DNA of 64,000 bases, taken from NCBI RefSeq assembly GCF_963921235.1, contig NC_086101.1:109864001-109928000 (forward strand), read 5' to 3'. The translations under genes and the position numbers were made by a program. The DNA is from Mobula hypostoma (lineage: Eukaryota). Of the stretch, positions 61,354-64,000 are shown piece by piece; within the stretch, counting starts at the first letter, position 1; each line of letters opens with the position of its first letter. The notes under the pieces are model-generated. The model saw nothing but the letters and a program-made list of their open reading frames with translations. It ran no database searches and was not told the DNA's origin.

Positions 61354-61430
61354 CAGTCAGTCAGTCAGTGGGTGCCATCCTGAATCCAGGGTTGGCGGCT
61401 ATGCACCTCCATCTTCTTCGATCTTGCGAC
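61354..61430 (-). mobile_element. RTE-like LINE extreme 3' end with (TGAC)n tail
   Basis: The minus strand encodes SQDRRRWRCIAANP (like the RTE C-terminal 'QDR..WR' motif) and ends in actgactgactgactg. Confidence 0.55.
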
Positions 61431-61580
61431 AGCACCGAGTACAGCCTCTCCTCCAGTTTGTTCTTGCTGGCCGCCTTGGCACCGCCCGCTGAACTGGAGC
61501 CTGGGGCCGTGTCGGCCTCCAGCCGTGGCTGCTTCTTCGAGCTCGGCCCTTCCTTAGGCGGAGGCCTTGGGCCGGTCCAG
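61431..61580 (-). pseudogene. CYHR1: Short retroposed fragment resembling the CYHR1/ZFTRAF1 N-terminal coding region
   Basis: PPPKEGPSSKKQPRLEADTAPGSSSAGGAKAASKNKLEERLYSVL. As I recall, 'KLEERLYSVL' directly precedes the RING cysteines in CYHR1 (from memory, not searched). The island is GC-rich and CpG-containing inside repeat DNA, with no splice sites. Confidence 0.6.
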
Positions 61581-63049
61581 GCACACAGTGCAGCGCCCAA
61601 GTTCATCATATCTCTTCTAACTAGGTGCATAGCATATGATTCGCAGATACATGGTGAGGCTTTAATCTCTTCCATGGAAGATGGCCGTTGGCTCACAAGG
61701 AGCTCATCCGCCCTTTGTCAGGTCTTTTTTTTTAGTCCTGCTGGGTGTCCTCACACCCGCCTCACCAGACTAAGTTCGGTGGGGGAACCGGCCCAAGTCA
61801 CCGACCACTCGACCACGGCCCCCGGCCTACACTGCTCCTCGAACTCATGGTCTCAGTGAGGGTGAAAACACTGAAGGAACACAACAGGTTGGGCTAGAAC
61901 AGATAGGGGTATCAGCCCAAAATGCTGACTGTCCATTTCCCTCCACAGTTGCTATCTGACTCATTGAATTTCTCCCACACTTTGTGTGTTGCTCCAGATC
62001 CCAGTGTCAACAGACCCCTCTGTCCTCAATGTGGGTGGGTGGGAGCTTCCTGGTGGAGGATTTTGACCCCCCCCCACACTCAGAGGGTCATGTTATTCGG
62101 TATTCAGCCCGCCCTTCCTGGTGAGCTTTTCCTACCCCAGTATCAGAATCAGGTTTAATGTCATTGGCATATGTTGTGAAATTTGTTGTGAGACACAAGC
62201 CAAACTCTTTTTGACTCCAAATAATTGATTTATTGATTATTACAGAATGTCACTCTGATGGTTCCTGCTCCCTCCCCTTGCCCTTCCCCCTTTCCCAAAC
62301 ATTATTCCCCTGTCCTGGCCCCCTTCCCAATCTCAGTCCACAATCGAGACCCATATCAGAATCAGGTTTATCATCACTCACACATCACAAAACTTGGTTT
62401 TGTTTTTGCAGCAGCAGTACAGTGCAATATATAAAATTATGTAAGAAGTGATGAAAAGTGTTCATAGATTCAATGGCCGTTTAGAAATCTGATGGCAGAG
62501 GGGAAGAAGCTGTTGCTAAATGATTCATTATTGAGTGTGCGTCTGCAGGCTCCTGTATCTCTTCCCCTATGGTAGCAATGCCAAGAGGGCATGTCCCGAA
62601 TGATGACTGTCCTTAGTGATGGATGCTGCCTTCCTGAGGCTCCCCATTGAAGATGACCTCGATGCTGGAGAGGATTGTGCCCGCGGTGGAGCTGATTGAG
62701 TTTCCAACCCTCTGCAGCTTCCTGTGACCTTGTGCAGTGGCCCCTCCCTACCGAGCAGTAATGCAACCAGTCAGAATGCTCTCCACCAAACACCTAAGGA
62801 AATTAGTAAGCATCTTTGGTAATATACCAAATCTCCTCATACCCCTAATGAAGTAGAGGCTGTTGGTGTGTCTTCTTCGTGATGGCATCAATATGTTGGT
62901 TCCCGGATAGATTATCTGGGGGGTGGAGATTAGACCGGGTGGGGTATTAAAGTGGGATTAGACTGCAGGGTGTGATTTATTATGTGTGGACAGTGGGATG
63001 AGATGTGTTGAGAGTTTTGGACGTGGAGTTGAGGGGAGTGGGAAACATG

Positions 63050-63430
63050 CATACTGTTATTTCTCTCTCCCCTCTCCCCCACTCCCTGTCTGATATCTTT
63101 CTCTCCATCTCACTCTGTCTTTGCCATCTTTTTTCTTTTTTCCATTTTTTCCTCTGTCTCTCACCTTATCTCCATCTGTCTCTCTCTATCTCTCTTTGCA
63201 TCTGCATACCCTCTCTTGTTTCACTTTTCAATATTACACTCTCTCCCTTTCTCTCTCTGCATGTCTCTGTACCCTCTCTCTTTCTATGTGTTTCTTTGAC
63301 TCTTCCCTCTCTCCATCCCTCCCTCTCTCTTTCTCTCTTCTTCTTTCTCCTCCTATTCTCTCGAGTCCCTCTCCCACACTCACTCACTCTCCTTCTCTCT
63401 CAATGTTGTCCATTGTCTTTTGTATTTCCT
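63050..63430. repeat. CT-rich polypyrimidine tract ending at a splice acceptor
   Basis: About 380 bp of mostly C/T leading into tgtatttcctctgcag|. Confidence 0.85.
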
Positions 63431-63458
63431 CTGCAGGTCAGCTCCTGTGCTCCCGGCA

Positions 63459-63522
63459 ATGGCGGCACCCAGAGTCCTCCTGCTGCTCCTCCTCATGACA
63501 CTCACATTCAGCTCTGCAAAGG
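63459..63522 (+). CDS. Signal-peptide exon of the plus-strand secreted or membrane protein gene (exon 63437-63522)
   Basis: Acceptor ttcctctgcag| at 63436, Kozak gcaATGG, peptide MAAPRVLLLLLLMTLTFSSAK(G), and consensus donor AAGG|gtaagt in phase 1. Confidence 0.85.
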
Positions 63523-63734
63523 GTAAGTCTCCGCCGCCTCACTTTCCTCTGACAAGAACACCCCAACCTTACCACATCTGCAGCACGCTCCAATACTCCC
63601 AAGCTCTCTGGAGATTGGAGGCTAATCCTTGGAGTATTTTGCATCAGTCTTCACTGAGGAAGACATCAGCAGTGTACCGGACACTCAAGGGTGGCAGAGA
63701 AGAGAAGTGTGCGCAGTCACAATTACGACAGAGA

Positions 63735-64000
63735 AAGTACTCAGGAAGCTGAATAGTCTAAAGGTAGATAAATCTCCCGGACCAGATGGAATGCACCCTC
63801 GTGTTCTGAAGGAAGTAGCTGTGGAGATTGCGGAGGCATTAGCGATGATCTTTCAAAAGTCGATAGATTCTAGCATGGTTCCGGAGGACTGGAAGATTGC
63901 AAATGTCACTCCGCTATTTAAGAAGGGGGCAAGGAAGCAAAAAGGAAATTATAGACCTGTTAGCTTGACATTGGTGGTTGGGAAGTTGTTGGAGCCGATT
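63735..64000 (+). mobile_element. CR1 LINE RT N-terminal part, running off the window
   Basis: gataaatctcccggaccagatggaatgcaccctcgtgttctgaagg...gactggaagattgcaaatgtcactccgctatttaagaaggg, homologous to 8420-8650. Confidence 0.9.

Noticed and set aside
63005-63752. ORFs of 110-173 aa overlapping the signal-peptide exon
   Set aside because: They are read-through of the CT-rich intron and the downstream intron; only 63459-63522 is bounded by splice signals and a Kozak ATG.

Overview
Repeat-dense vertebrate genomic DNA. The repeat mix (CR1, Rex1/Babar, Penelope-like, Tx1, tRNA-SINEs, Tc1, Tigger, Harbinger, hAT) suggests a cartilaginous fish, probably a ray; this is an inference from the repeat landscape only. 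Two divergently oriented host genes can be rebuilt from splice signals. (1) A minus-strand Ig-superfamily gene: ATG exon at ~36.2 kb under an ETS/CCAAT CpG-rich promoter, leader exon 18551-18482, a B7/butyrophilin-like IgV exon 17099-16758, and a second IgV exon 1661-1335 that lacks the canonical disulfide. It runs off the left edge. (2) A plus-strand gene with putative non-coding exons near 50.0 and 50.9 kb and a signal-peptide exon at 63437-63522, running off the right edge. Most long ORFs are retroelement or transposon remnants. The most notable non-genic signals are: minimal hammerhead-ribozyme motifs in Penelope 3' ends, including ~100-230 bp TSD-flanked insertions and one near-perfect palindromic insertion; a composite insertion joining a CYHR1/ZFTRAF1-like coding fragment in frame to an RTE-like 3' end; a 3x91-bp array bracketed by a 25-27 bp inverted repeat; a Tx1 LINE fused in frame into a Penelope RT; and a ~220-bp hairpin inside a deleted Tigger. 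All family names come from manual motif recognition; no database searches were run.
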